In this document: positions 47,235 through 59,381 of the stretch, one piece after another
How positions within the stretch are numbered: position 1 is the first letter of the stretch
Layout of the letters: each line of letters begins with the position of its first letter
Source of the DNA: Alloascoidea hylecoeti
Taxonomy: Eukaryota
Length of the DNA: 64,000 nucleotides
Assembly (NCBI GenBank): GCA_001600815.1
Contig: BCKZ01000017.1
Coordinates: 411,970 to 475,969 of the forward strand
Reading direction: 5' to 3'
Translations under genes and position numbers: made by a program
The notes under the pieces: model-generated
Seen by the model: only the letters and a program-made list of their open reading frames with translations
Databases searched by the model: none
What the model was told of the DNA's origin: nothing

Positions 47235-47907
47235 ATGTTTTCAACTACAGGATTAAATAAATTGGAACGAAAAGCTCAAAATATAAATCGCAACCTTCTG
47301 CAACCGGTACCACGCAAGTACCACTTACTTCCAAATAAAAACATCAAAAAACAGCAACCCTTGGATGCAGAGCTTGATATTATTATTAAAAATGAAAAAC
47401 CGGTTTATATTACAAGTGATACTATTGAAGGTTTTGTTAACCTTATTCCTAATACAACATTTACTTATGGTGAATTTACGATATCTTTGGAAGCAGAGTT
47501 CACTACCGAAGCTTATAAACTAGATCCAAAGAATTAAAAGAGACGAAATTGTACAACGAATGCTAGGGTACTGTTGTTAAAAATGATAGATGATAAAATT
47601 CCTGGATCATATTTCGCTAAAGAAAATGGAAAATTTAGGTTTAGCCGGTGTGAAGTATACATTACCATTCTGTTTTGTTATGCCTTAAAAGTTATTTGCC
47701 AATGACTTATCAATGAACTTCAAGTTTGTATCTCGGCGTTCAAGTGACGTCAATATCAATGAAGAAGGAAAATGGCAGGAACCAGTACCAATTGCAAAAA
47801 AATCTAGATGGCTGAAAATCGATCTGGGTGGTGCTAATAAGAATAAAAGTGCCATTACTATTTACCCATGGAAAAAGATGAAACTTCAAATTTATTTTTT
47901 ATTCTAA
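47235..47907 (+). pseudogene. Arrestin-N/Bul1-like pseudogene fragment
   Basis: LDIIIKNEKPVYITSDTIEGFVNL...FTISLEA resembles an arrestin-N start. In-frame TAA at 47535-47537 where the mirrored copy has GAA. Confidence 0.5.
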
Positions 47908-48193
47908 TTACAATATAATGCATACATTGGACGGTATACCTTTCTAGTACAAGTGATTTATAATTGTATATTGAATATTATAATTTGGTGATTAAAAAAC
48001 AAAAACCAGGGTTAGAATGACGTCAATCTATAAATTTATATCTATATAAATGATTGTATATCAGTCAAATAATTATAGGTTAAATCACCGTTTTGATTTT
48101 AATTTCAATTTCAATTTCCCATTTCCCATTTCCCATTTTCTACTTTACTTATTGTTTCTAGTATAGCTTGCGAAATCTAATTATTAGCGTAAT

Positions 48194-50068
48194 TTATATA
48201 TTATTGTAACTTGTGAGCTTATCCTTTAAACTCATCAGAGTCATGATCCAAGCCATAATTAATGCAACAATCCCAACCGAAACATTCAAAGAAAACATTG
48301 CATCTAAACCTTTATATATCAATGCTTCAACTGTTTGACCATTAGATTCCATAAAAACAAGTCCTCCACAAATCAAACAAAAAGAAACAACTAATTCAGT
48401 AAATGGTCGTGATGGGGATCCATCAGCATTAGGTGTTTTAATAAACATTAAAATAATCGAACTTAATCGTACAATAGCACCAATAGATAACATATAACCC
48501 CATTGCATATGTATCATTGTTGATAATTTATACATTTGTTCATGTTGAGACATTAAAACACCAGTCCAAAATACAGTAAAAGCTGGGAATGGATTTGGAG
48601 AAAATCCAATTGTACAACTTTTTATTGATCTCTCATTTCTTGAGTTGAGTTCAATATGTCCTTCACTAAAATATGCACGTTTCCTCCAATTTGATAATTT
48701 TGATTCAGTTAAAATACCACAAAGTCCACATCCAAAATACATAAATGCAATTGAAGCATGTTGTAAATCTCTTGGACGCCAAACACCATCTTCATTACCT
48801 AAATGTTCCATCCAAATATTTGTACTACCATAAAAAAATATAAGAAATGATTCAATAAATTCAACAGAAATCATTCCTTCTGGTAATAAAAAATTTTTGA
48901 TCTTTGAAATTAATATATTAAATTTTGATTTTTTAACTGTTAATTTTGATTTTTCTTCAATTGCATATCTATTCCATGCCCATCCTCGATTTTGAAAAGC
49001 ACCACAATATCTAAGTAATGAAAATACTCCATACCAAAAGAAAACTCCTCCTTTAATGAAATGTGCTAATAAATTAAATACTTTCTTTTGTTGTCCCATT
49101 AATGTAACTGTTGCAATTCCAGTAAGAATATAACCAAATCCAAACATTGCTAATGGAACATTTAATATATTAAATAAAGCATTTGAAATTGTTGAGGTAT
49201 GAGTAATGATTTTAGCAATAGTTTGATTTTTCATTAACTTATAAATAAATTTCTCTTGTAATTTAAACGCTTTGCCCCTGTTTTGATTCGCAGTCATTGT
49301 ATCAATCGAGGAATCTCTGCTATGCATATGGTATTGTTCCAGATCAATATCGTTAGCAAGATTTGGATGATCTCCGTATAGTGTAGACATTGCGGAGTCC
49401 GTTCTATTTAGTTCATTCGAATTCATATCATGCTCATCATCCCTATCCATCACAGCGGTTTCTACATTCATCGTTTGTAAGGGAGTAAATTCAATATCGG
49501 AACAATCCATATTATTTGAATCATGTTGTTTTGCCCAATTAGACACAGTTTTCAGTATTGCGGATGTATAATGTATAAGACCTAGGAATAATAAAGCCCA
49601 GGAAAGTTTGGAGTAAGCATTGTTTGGATATAAATTAGGTGCTGATGCTCCATAAACGGCTAGATTTAATAATGCGACGATGATGACGACATAATGAATG
49701 GTTAATCCGAGTAAATATAAAGCCGATTTTGCGTTGTTTAAAACAAGGGTGATTGGGTAAAGGATTATAAATGAGATTGCTATGAGTGACATATGTGTAT
49801 AAAGAGCAGATTTATTACCTCGTGGATGATTTAGGAACGTCGTGACATTGTAAGCCTCCCAATGTTCTCGCTCTTCTGGTGATAAATCCGGCTGTTCGAG
49901 AATTGGTTTTCCGTGGTGCGACATATCATTCATTTGGCTCATTCGAGGATATAATTGTAGAGAATCTGATCTTTCACGTGCCAGCAGGGGTTGGGTCGGT
50001 ATGGCTAGCGCCGAGAATGTGAGAGGGATTGCTCCGAGGAGGAATAACAAACTAACCCTAGGAATCAT
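48194..50068 (-). CDS. Ytp1/DUF2427-family multi-pass membrane protein (YCR061W-like)
   Basis: Signal peptide; HG.PIL...L.P....WE.YN.TT; VFNLLAHFIKGGVFFWYG; N.WMEHL; DLQHASIAFM; PNPFPAF; IHMQWG. Confidence 0.88.
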   Translation of the reverse strand: MIPRVSLLFLLGAIPLTFSALAIPTQPLLARERSDSLQLYPRMSQMNDMSHHGKPILEQPDLSPEEREHWEAYNVTTFLNHPRGNKSALYTHMSLIAISFIILYPITLVLNNAKSALYLLGLTIHYVVIIVALLNLAVYGASAPNLYPNNAYSKLSWALLFLGLIHYTSAILKTVSNWAKQHDSNNMDCSDIEFTPLQTMNVETAVMDRDDEHDMNSNELNRTDSAMSTLYGDHPNLANDIDLEQYHMHSRDSSIDTMTANQNRGKAFKLQEKFIYKLMKNQTIAKIITHTSTISNALFNILNVPLAMFGFGYILTGIATVTLMGQQKKVFNLLAHFIKGGVFFWYGVFSLLRYCGAFQNRGWAWNRYAIEEKSKLTVKKSKFNILISKIKNFLLPEGMISVEFIESFLIFFYGSTNIWMEHLGNEDGVWRPRDLQHASIAFMYFGCGLCGILTESKLSNWRKRAYFSEGHIELNSRNERSIKSCTIGFSPNPFPAFTVFWTGVLMSQHEQMYKLSTMIHMQWGYMLSIGAIVRLSSIILMFIKTPNADGSPSRPFTELVVSFCLICGGLVFMESNGQTVEALIYKGLDAMFSLNVSVGIVALIMAWIMTLMSLKDKLTSYNNI

Positions 50069-52133
50069 TTTTGGCCAAAATTGGAGGATGTGAATTAAAA
50101 AGGAGAAGGTTGGGGATTTTCCCAGTCTTATATAAATTTGGGGACTCAGAGAAACAAGATTGATCCAGAATTTATATTATAATAAAAGGATTAAGGTTCG
50201 GTTGTGATTGGTCATCCCTGACATTCCATGCCTATCAAAGGTAATAGCATCACAGAAAACCGAGGTCAATTCGGTGGAAATGCCCATGATCATGCAACTC
50301 ATACGGACATTCCGGAACGCTACTGTTGAATTGTTACTCCAAATTGTCTCCAATATTAGGTTGATCCGGAACTCACGGAATCGGAGGCTGGATAATAATT
50401 GCCGAGTGATGTTATTCCTCCAATCAAACCACTCATAAACGTAATATCCGAAATCACCGGGTCTACATGTGGCTGGTGAGCTACAATGGGAAATAGTGTG
50501 GCGCGATCAGCCATAAACGTTAATCGTAAGATTTTTCTAAGAGCAAATAAATATCAAAAAAGGATACATCTTATTTGTCTGATTTGTGATTGATTGCTGT
50601 ACGTTTTATTCCAGGCTACGTGAAATGTTATTAATCGATTATTGATCGGTATCCTTATTAACTCCCTGTCTAGAGTTAATTGGAACGTTAACTATAATAA
50701 CCCATAATTAAACACTTTCATTTCGAAAAATCCGTATATTTCTCTAATTTGTGATATCGATGGTGTTACAATTGCATATACCGCTTAGCTCCGCGACTGA
50801 TCCGTACTTATTATAGGTCTATATTAGTAATATAATTACGGCCATATCAAACTTCAAACTACATATAATATAATTGAGATTAACTATATCTAGATCTAAC
50901 GATCTAGCTAGAGTCAACGTTATATAATTCGAAGTTACTTCTTGTGATTTCAGACATCATTGGGCATGATTATATTAGAGAGTTAATAGAGACGTTTATG
51001 ATCAAACATCATTATCAAGTTTACTGATATACTGCATAATTAGTCTGGAAGTGACATATATGCTTATTTGTCACAATTGCCAGATTTAACGGAAAATATC
51101 GCAAATATTAACGACACGGCTGACATTTATTGGAGTTTATTAATCCTAGAAAACTATCACATATAAGGGTAATTAGATGCATATGATCCGTGTCACGTGT
51201 AGCATAGATAACCTCCATTGGTGCCCAAAAACAGTCTCTTCTCAAAAGTTGCTCCATTTTAGACCGCTATATGCGTACCAGAGGGGGCGGAGTTTGTGCC
51301 GCTAAATCCATAACGGCTATTATTTCCAAAACAAAGACAGAACCCAAGTTAAACACCGCCCAAGTGGCAACACAAAAGCAATATTTCTATCACTACCGAC
51401 TTCATTCAATACTAAATCCGCTACATCCTTACTCACTAGATAATTATATATTTGATCCCCTTTATTATAATCATTTAAGCTTGCAATTGTTGTTCAAAAT
51501 TGGCTCATCTTTCCTTTTGCTACGTATACGTATATTATGACGGTTATTGCCAAAGGTGTATATAATCATATATTTTAGAGTCTTAATACTTGATATAAGC
51601 TGTAATACATTACTTATACTGCAATTGTCTAATTGTGTCAATTATGATCGATATCGATATCAACCACATGTTATAGCTACTAATATACGCTTATGTAAGT
51701 AGATCAATGAATATGACATTTGCAATTGATCCTCCAAAGTTTACATAATGTAAATGCTAAGAAGAAAAGTTGTTGCAGTTGAAAAAGGGATCTAATCAAT
51801 TAAGCTTGAAGTGAAATAGTTATATAGTTTTCAAGTTTTTGTGATACATATTAGAATTAAAAATAGAAATTATAAAGATATTAATAATAGCTATAATCTA
51901 TCAATAATTGACCTCTAATTTTAATCCCCTTTGTTTATTCTTACGTTTTTCAAGTTCTGCTGCTGTTTCATTTGTATTAAATATATTCTCTCTCTCTGAA
52001 ATTGCAAGTTTAACCCATATCCTTTAGTTTTAACAGCAGTTAAGAAGCAAAATGTATGTGTTGATTTGTCTCTTGTTTAGCATTTATTTGTCCATTTGTT
52101 AATAATTCCACATCCCTTAATTATTACGGAAAA

Positions 52134-52759
52134 ATGATTCCTAGGGTTAGTCTGTTATTCCTCCTCAGAGCAATCCATCTCACATTCTTGGCGCTGGCTA
52201 TACTGTCACAACGCCAACTGTTACATACAAGATCGGTTTCTCTTCAATTATATCCTCTAATAGGTCAAATGTGTTGGATATATATTACACTCTTAGAACA
52301 GTTCACTAAAGTGTCGATTGGCTTTTTGGCGCAACTGGGAGAACAGGCACTTTGAACTTTAACAAAATGAATGATATATCACATCACGGAAAACCAATCT
52401 TCGAACAGCCGGATTTACCACCAGAAGAGCGAGAATACTGAGAGGCTTACAATGTCACAAAGTTCCTAAATAATCCACAGGGTATTAAATCTACTCTTAT
52501 TTATAATCTAATGAAAAATCAAACTATTGCTAAAATCATTACTCATACATCAACAATTTTAAGTGCAATATTTGGGTTTGGTTATATTCTTACTGGAATT
52601 GCAACAGTTACATTAATAGGACAACAAAAGAAAGTATTTAATTTATTAGCACATTTCATTAAAGGACGAGTTTTCTTTTGGTATGGAGTATTTTCATTAC
52701 TTAGATATTGTGGTGCTTTTCAAAATCGAGGATGGGCATGGAATAGATATGCAATTGAA
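52134..52759 (+). pseudogene. Inverted, internally deleted pseudogene of the 48194-50068 gene
   Basis: MIPRVSLLFLL start; TGG>TGA at 52439; a jump to MKNQTIAK; ends at NRYAIE. Confidence 0.92.
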
Positions 52760-52889
52760 TCACTTATTATCTAGAAAACTGTGCAATGTGTGGATTACAT
52801 TGTAATTGAGGTTTCACTAAAACATAAAAAGGTACTTCAAAAGATATATCCCTTTTAATTAACTGTGGAGAAGAAGTATCTATAATTTT

Positions 52890-54169
52890 ATTATTGCTAG
52901 CACCACACCGACGACAACCATCTGAGTCTAGATTGTTTTGCAATTGATGTATTGGATTTTGTTACCTTATAAGCAACAAGGGATCTACATTCTCTTAATG
53001 GGCTTAAAGATCTTTTTGGAGTAATATTGTGAATACTAAAGTAGATATTACAAGTAATAATCGGTGGTTCGTTCCTGTAATACTCCATCGATTGATATAG
53101 GGACTATATACAAATTTCACAGGAAATATAAACATTTTTAGTTCCAACATGATTCGAGTTCTCGTTTAGAGCTGAAGATTTTGATGAGTTATTAATACTT
53201 GATTCTGGTGAATTTATGTATAATATCTAACATCATTGACTTAGACTGATCCAGAGGATGCGTTTTATAAGATATCAATTACCCTGTTTCTGAGTGTATG
53301 TCAGCCAAAATATGCCTATTTTCGCGCCAGGAAGGAGGATATGAAGGTACAAAGTTAAATTTGTTCATAGCTTTCAAAGATGCATTAGAGAGTTTCTTTT
53401 GTCTTTTTCTTGTTTTAGAATTTAACAGAAATATAGTCTTATTATCAATTGATGCTTTAATATAATGAGTAATACAAATACCACGGGGAGAAATAAGTGA
53501 TTCAAAATATCTCATATTAGTAAGGTCATCACCAAAGTTCCAAGCAGTAAAGTGAAAGTTTTTAAGAGCCAATGAGATCCGGACGACAGTCATCTTAAGC
53601 ATTTGAACGGATGTTTTTCTCAACTTTAATTTATGTGAATCACGAAAGATAGAATTACGAGACCCACTAACGAATTTCATTCCGCAATGATAGAAGGAAT
53701 TTCCAAAACTAGAAGAAAGCTTGCGATCAATATGTTTTGAAAAATAATTAATTTCCTTGGTTTTGGTAACTTTTAAGGCATAACAAAACAGAATGGTAAT
53801 GTATACTTCACACCGGCTAAACCTAAATTTTCCATTTTCTTTAGCGAAATATGATCCAGGAATTTTATCATCTATCATTTTTAACAACAGTACCCTAGCA
53901 TTCGTTGTACAATTTCGTCTTTTTTCATTCTTTGGATCTAGTTTATAAGCTTCGGTAGTGAACTCTGCTTCCAAAGATATCGTAAATTCACCATAAGTAA
54001 ATGTTGTATTAGAGATAAGGTTAACAAAACCTTCAATAGTATGTTTGAGTGATTTGTCCTCGGAGGGTAGAGTATAAATAGAGAATTGAGTACACTCACA
54101 AGCAATTGAGTTACTGGTTAAAGCAATAAGGAAGTTGAAAAAGAACGTGCATAGGTGCTGCACCTTCAC
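52890..54169 (-). pseudogene. Arrestin/Bul1-like ORF (296 codons, GTG start) with a degenerate downstream continuation; mirror partner of 47235-47907
   Basis: The 276-bp core 53767-54042 is the reverse complement of 47419-47694 (about 4 differences seen). Weaker similarity IAKQSR..RWL versus IAKKSRWL lies downstream. No ATG start. Confidence 0.5.
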
Positions 54170-54531
54170 TTGAGTTTAACCCGATATGAATTTTACGGTG
54201 GTAGATGAAACAAAGTATCAAAAACATTAAAATATTCCTAAGTTCCTTAAAAAGGAAATAAAATTCTTTAATCGAAGAATTGGATAAAATCAGATATGGA
54301 GAAATCAACAAATGTGTGGTAACTCGCAGAAACACGCTCAGACTGAATATTAAAGTTCACGAATTTTGTGTTCAGATAAATCTATACCTGGAAATTCCAA
54401 TTTGAATTTATTATTACTTGGTTAAGTTGATGATATATAAATGAAAATGTTATATGGTTGTACGGATACAAAAATCTATCATCTTTTGTTCTCACACTGT
54501 ACAAGTCGATCTTCTGTATGATTATGCATTG

Positions 54532-54699
54532 TTCCACTCTGAATTCGCCATTTTGTAGACAGGATTTCGCCACTCGGTAATGAGGGGCTTACGATCGGGT
54601 TACATAGTATACATGTACTCCTATAGTAGGTCATGCAGCCACTCGGTTCAGGTACTTGTGTCAAAATCCTTTCTACAAAATGGCGAATTCAGAGTGGAA
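54532..54699. repeat. 168-bp element with 36-bp terminal inverted repeats (54532-54567, 54664-54699)
   Basis: TTCCACTCTGAATTCGCCATTTTGTAGA(C/A)AGGATTT with 1 mismatch; the spacer holds GCCACTCGGT twice. Confidence 0.9.
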
Positions 54700-57600
54700 A
54701 AACTGTATTCTTCTATAATAAATGATATGAAGGAAAACGGCTGGTGCTGAAACTTAATCACGATTAGGGCCACAGAGTCCCCACAAAGATTATCTCCATG
54801 TTGGGTATGGAAAGTTCATATATGCCCAAATCTTCGGTTCATATTTCCATGGTGAGCCCTATTTTATCCTAAGAATTCTTGAACACTTGAGAAATAGATA
54901 AATTTAACGCAGAAATGCACTTTATGGCAATTGCAAAATATTTACCCTTTTATCACCATTTTGCTGTGAATATTTCAAAATAATCTTTTATTATAAAACC
55001 TATAAGGTTATATTATAACTACTCGTTAGGTGAAATTATAACTCACTACTACTAATAGATTTATTGAATTTAAATTTATTCTTGCAAAGAAGAAATGCAT
55101 GTAGCGGGTTCCCAAGCCAGCAATTTATACATAGTAGTCAATTCTTAAATTTTTACATGTAATTGTATTTGATACACGTGTTGTGTAATTATATTTAGGG
55201 ATACTTTAAAATAACTGAATTTATGAAGCAGTGCATTAATTGTATAATCGGGATGGGTATTTTAGCATGCAGGTGGTGGATATAATGAATCGCCAAGAGA
55301 CGTGAGACCAATTAAGTAAAATATAAGTGTACATGACGTACCATACCTGCTAAGGATGAAACACTCTTAGATTGAATTAAAAAAAGACTGAATATAAAGT
55401 TAAACAAAAAAGTCCAAAATGGCCGAATTTTTCAGCCGCATGTAACACGGAGGGAGATTTATCATAAAAAATATAAAATTCATAAAAGGAATCGAAGAAT
55501 ATGGTAACGCGACATATGTACAAAAGAACAAATGTTTTGGATGTAAAAATACGACATTTCTTTTGCTGGTCAGTACTTTGCGTTAATATCGAGCATTTGT
55601 TAGCCTATATATTCGCTCATATTTGAGAAGTTATTAGCCCAATATTTAAATTATTAGTTCGACCGCACGATTCAATATATTCGGCCTTCTCCCTCCTCAT
55701 GTTCGACTACCTTGCATTAAAATATAATAGACCATATTTATGTTCAACAAAATATGATAAGAATTGGATCTTCTCTTTTGGTACAAAATTACCATGCAAA
55801 ATCTAAAAGATAATAGAATCATAGAATCTGATGAGAGGAGTCCATGATTCTAAGCAACTGTTTGCTGAAAAGGGAAGACTTTTCTGAGATCAAGTTCCGT
55901 AGAAAAGACTAGAATCTGTCAATTAATGATACTAGTTATTACAGAGGCAGATTTCTATTTCCACCTAATAACAAGAACATTAATTATTTTTTGAACGCCC
56001 AAATGTTGGATGGTTTGTCAGATGAGATGCAAGTTGCTGAAGGTATAAATAAGCTGCAAGAAGAATCAATTACAGGAAATAATCCTTATACCTCTGCATA
56101 ATCAAGGATTAATAGTTACTTAGATAAAATAATTCCTCCAACTCTTTCGCACCGCAAATTTGGTGAATGGATCCAGAGTACTTTTGTCAGAATATTCAAT
56201 ATCATTCCTGACCTGTATGATAATCTTTAAATACCATGTTGAAACAGTTACGCCAAAATTTAACATGATCGATTTCTTGCTGATTGCTCAAGAGTGTATA
56301 ATGGTTATCCAACAACAATTACAGGAGCGAAAGACAAGAAGTGTTGTTTATTGAACTTGCTCTGTCAACCTGACTAATCTCTACATGGATTTCATGGATT
56401 TAATTGACTGTTTAATATATCATCCGCTTTGTAAGCTGTATCATAAAATAAAATCAAGTTAGAAAAAAAGTGTTTACAGTTAGTTATTATAAATGGGTAC
56501 ATTTAGTCTTTGTATGATGATCTAATCTTCATCATTATAGTAGCTATATATATTTACAGAGATAAAGAAAACTTTATCAGCCGTATGAGTGAACCCCAGT
56601 AGGTCCAATATACCTCTTGTCAAACTTGTCCTCGCACCTATCAAAAATTCTTAGCTCTGATAATACAGTAAATTTAAACTTTAAAATTATATCTGGGGAG
56701 CATTTTGTAGATTTATTACTGCTGAGTACTGACTGTGTAACTTATTATTGAATATTATTTGCGGATTCTTCCGAATTTTTTGAAAAATATATCTGCAAAT
56801 ATAATGCTTCATCTTTTTATCTCCACATGCACAGTAATGAAAGGTTTTGACACGGTTTCTGGAAACCCACCCACTAGAAACGCTATCCATGATCACCGCG
56901 ACAACTAATTTTAAGCCAATCTAATTTCTAGAGCCATAAGATTATAGGGGAGAAGAAACTCATTTCAATAGGTTATTCGAATTCGTAATAACAAAGGTTG
57001 CAACTGATATATTATTCATGATCAAACAGTTACTATATTACGGCTATTATAAAAGCTTAAGCTTCCGTTACAATGCTTAATACCCTATTAGTGATATATA
57101 GCTACCTAGTGAGAAGTATAAATACACAAATCAGTTTATATTGTGCATGTAAGACTCAATAATTACAATTTGGGGCTTTGCACTATAACAGATTACCACA
57201 AGAGTTTATTTAGTTATTGTTTAGTTATATATCTTTTAATGAAACTATACAGCTATTCAAAAGCTCCATGTAGTTGTAAAAGCCTTAGGATATTAGTGCA
57301 CATTTGTTTTAGTATTAAGTACAGTACAGGCAATGGCTAATGAGTTATGCAGGGAAATATATTAGGAGAATCCACGAACTGTGCTTCTCGAGTTGAATCC
57401 AAATTATTTATGATATGAAATATAAAGAATGATGATTTAAATCTTGAATTCTATTGGACAATTTCTGTCCTAAATCGAGAAAATAGGTCTAGAATAATTT
57501 TAGGAGTGAATAATTAACATACTGAGTAATCATCATCGTGGAAGCATACACAATGCAACAATAGTTTGAAATGGATTTCCTAATTAGTATTTAACATATC

Positions 57601-59381
57601 GATTTTCATTAATATTAATGCTGATCATATTATTGGAACAAATTCCCATAACATTTTTTTCTTTTTCTTCTTATTCTTTCTTCTTGAGAGGTAATAACAA
57701 CAAGTCAGCTAATAATGTTGCTGTTGCTACTTTTAAACATTACCTCCCACAAAGAAAGACCGCTCAAGCTGTTGGCAATGAGGCAAGAGGTACAGTACTA
57801 CTTTGCAAGAAGTTGACTTTACTAAAATGACAGGTAATTATAAATATTATAACGATCATGAATACAACATCCAATATATGGATTCGTGAATAATTGCTAA
57901 GCCATATAATTATCGTATCTATAGTAATTGTATAAAGATCCATAGCTGAAATTAAATTATATTATGTATACATATAAGTATGCTTATATGCTAATTTTTG
58001 GCTTTTAGTTCCTTATTCGCAACAATTTTATAATTAAATGCATATATTATATGAGATGGATGCATTTAATATTGATATTCATTGGCAAGGTTATTCCTAC
58101 TGCTAGATCGGTTGTATAAGTTCTAAAAAAATCATATAATAGTTGTAAAATTAGATGTTATGGCTAGAGATATTGCTAAGCTCGAATCATTCTGATTGCT
58201 AAACTTTGGATAATAAGATCAAAATCTAAAAAGACTAGAACTATGGACGATATCTAAATGCAAGGGCAAGGCGCGTTTGGTCATATAATAGATTAAATAG
58301 ACCCTAGTCTACTTTATTGGTATCAAGTGATATCGATATATTTTCAATCTAAGGATAAAGGATTTCAACTGAGCATAAACACATGGTAACATGATAGATT
58401 TTGTGTGACTTATCATATCTAATTACCCCTAAGGGCCATAACGGTCATTTTATTAAAGCTTGCTATTCTTTTAAATTTTCAACTGGAAATTGCAATTGAC
58501 TTTTTTTTTCGCTGAACATCCATGCAATAATTGGCAATTACTATTCCTAAAACAGAATAGGAAAAACGCGGTATCCGCGTTACTTAAGCACCCACTAACG
58601 TGACCCAATCCGGAAATAGGCATGCATCTCACGTTTAATTTTTACGATCAGTTTCCTGATTCGTACACTCTGAATTGTTTCCATTTTCTTTTTTAAACCT
58701 GAAAACTTGTCTTTTTTAATTAATATTCATATTTTCATCGGGTGGGCTGCTTTTAAATCTGTTTTCCCCAAAAGAATCAATTTTAAGGCAATCGGTCAAG
58801 TCTCAAGTCACAAACGATCTTATCCTCATTTTCTTCCTACATACACCCTACGAAAGTTTGTGTCCTTGATATCTACTCTAGATCTTGTTTTTTCTTCTCC
58901 AATCACCCGACGCGACTCCCTATATTATTTTCTTCCTAACCCCTCGCTGCTTTCTGCTATTCTTTAGCTATATCGCCTACCGAATCACAATAATAATCAC
59001 ACTCTCTACACCTTTCCCTCGACGATTATATCTGTGATATATATAATCCATAGTTTGAACCAAGGTCTCGCGTCGTCTTACTATACCACCACAAAATCTC
59101 GCCTTCAACATCATCTAGATTGCCAAAACTGCAATACTGGAGAGTCGAAGCTATTTATATCTCACATCCTTTAACTTTTCTCCGCATTGCATCTCACTTG
59201 AAAAATCATTTGTACCGGACACCTACATCTTAATTATATATTACTCATATTATTTTTTAGTGTACATCAAACTTTTTTATTTATCAGCTATTACTCTCAG
59301 GCTTATTTTATTTTATTTTATTTTATTTCATTTTGTTCTTCTTTTCCTCTTTTTGTGTTTTGTGATTGGAACAGATTTTTT

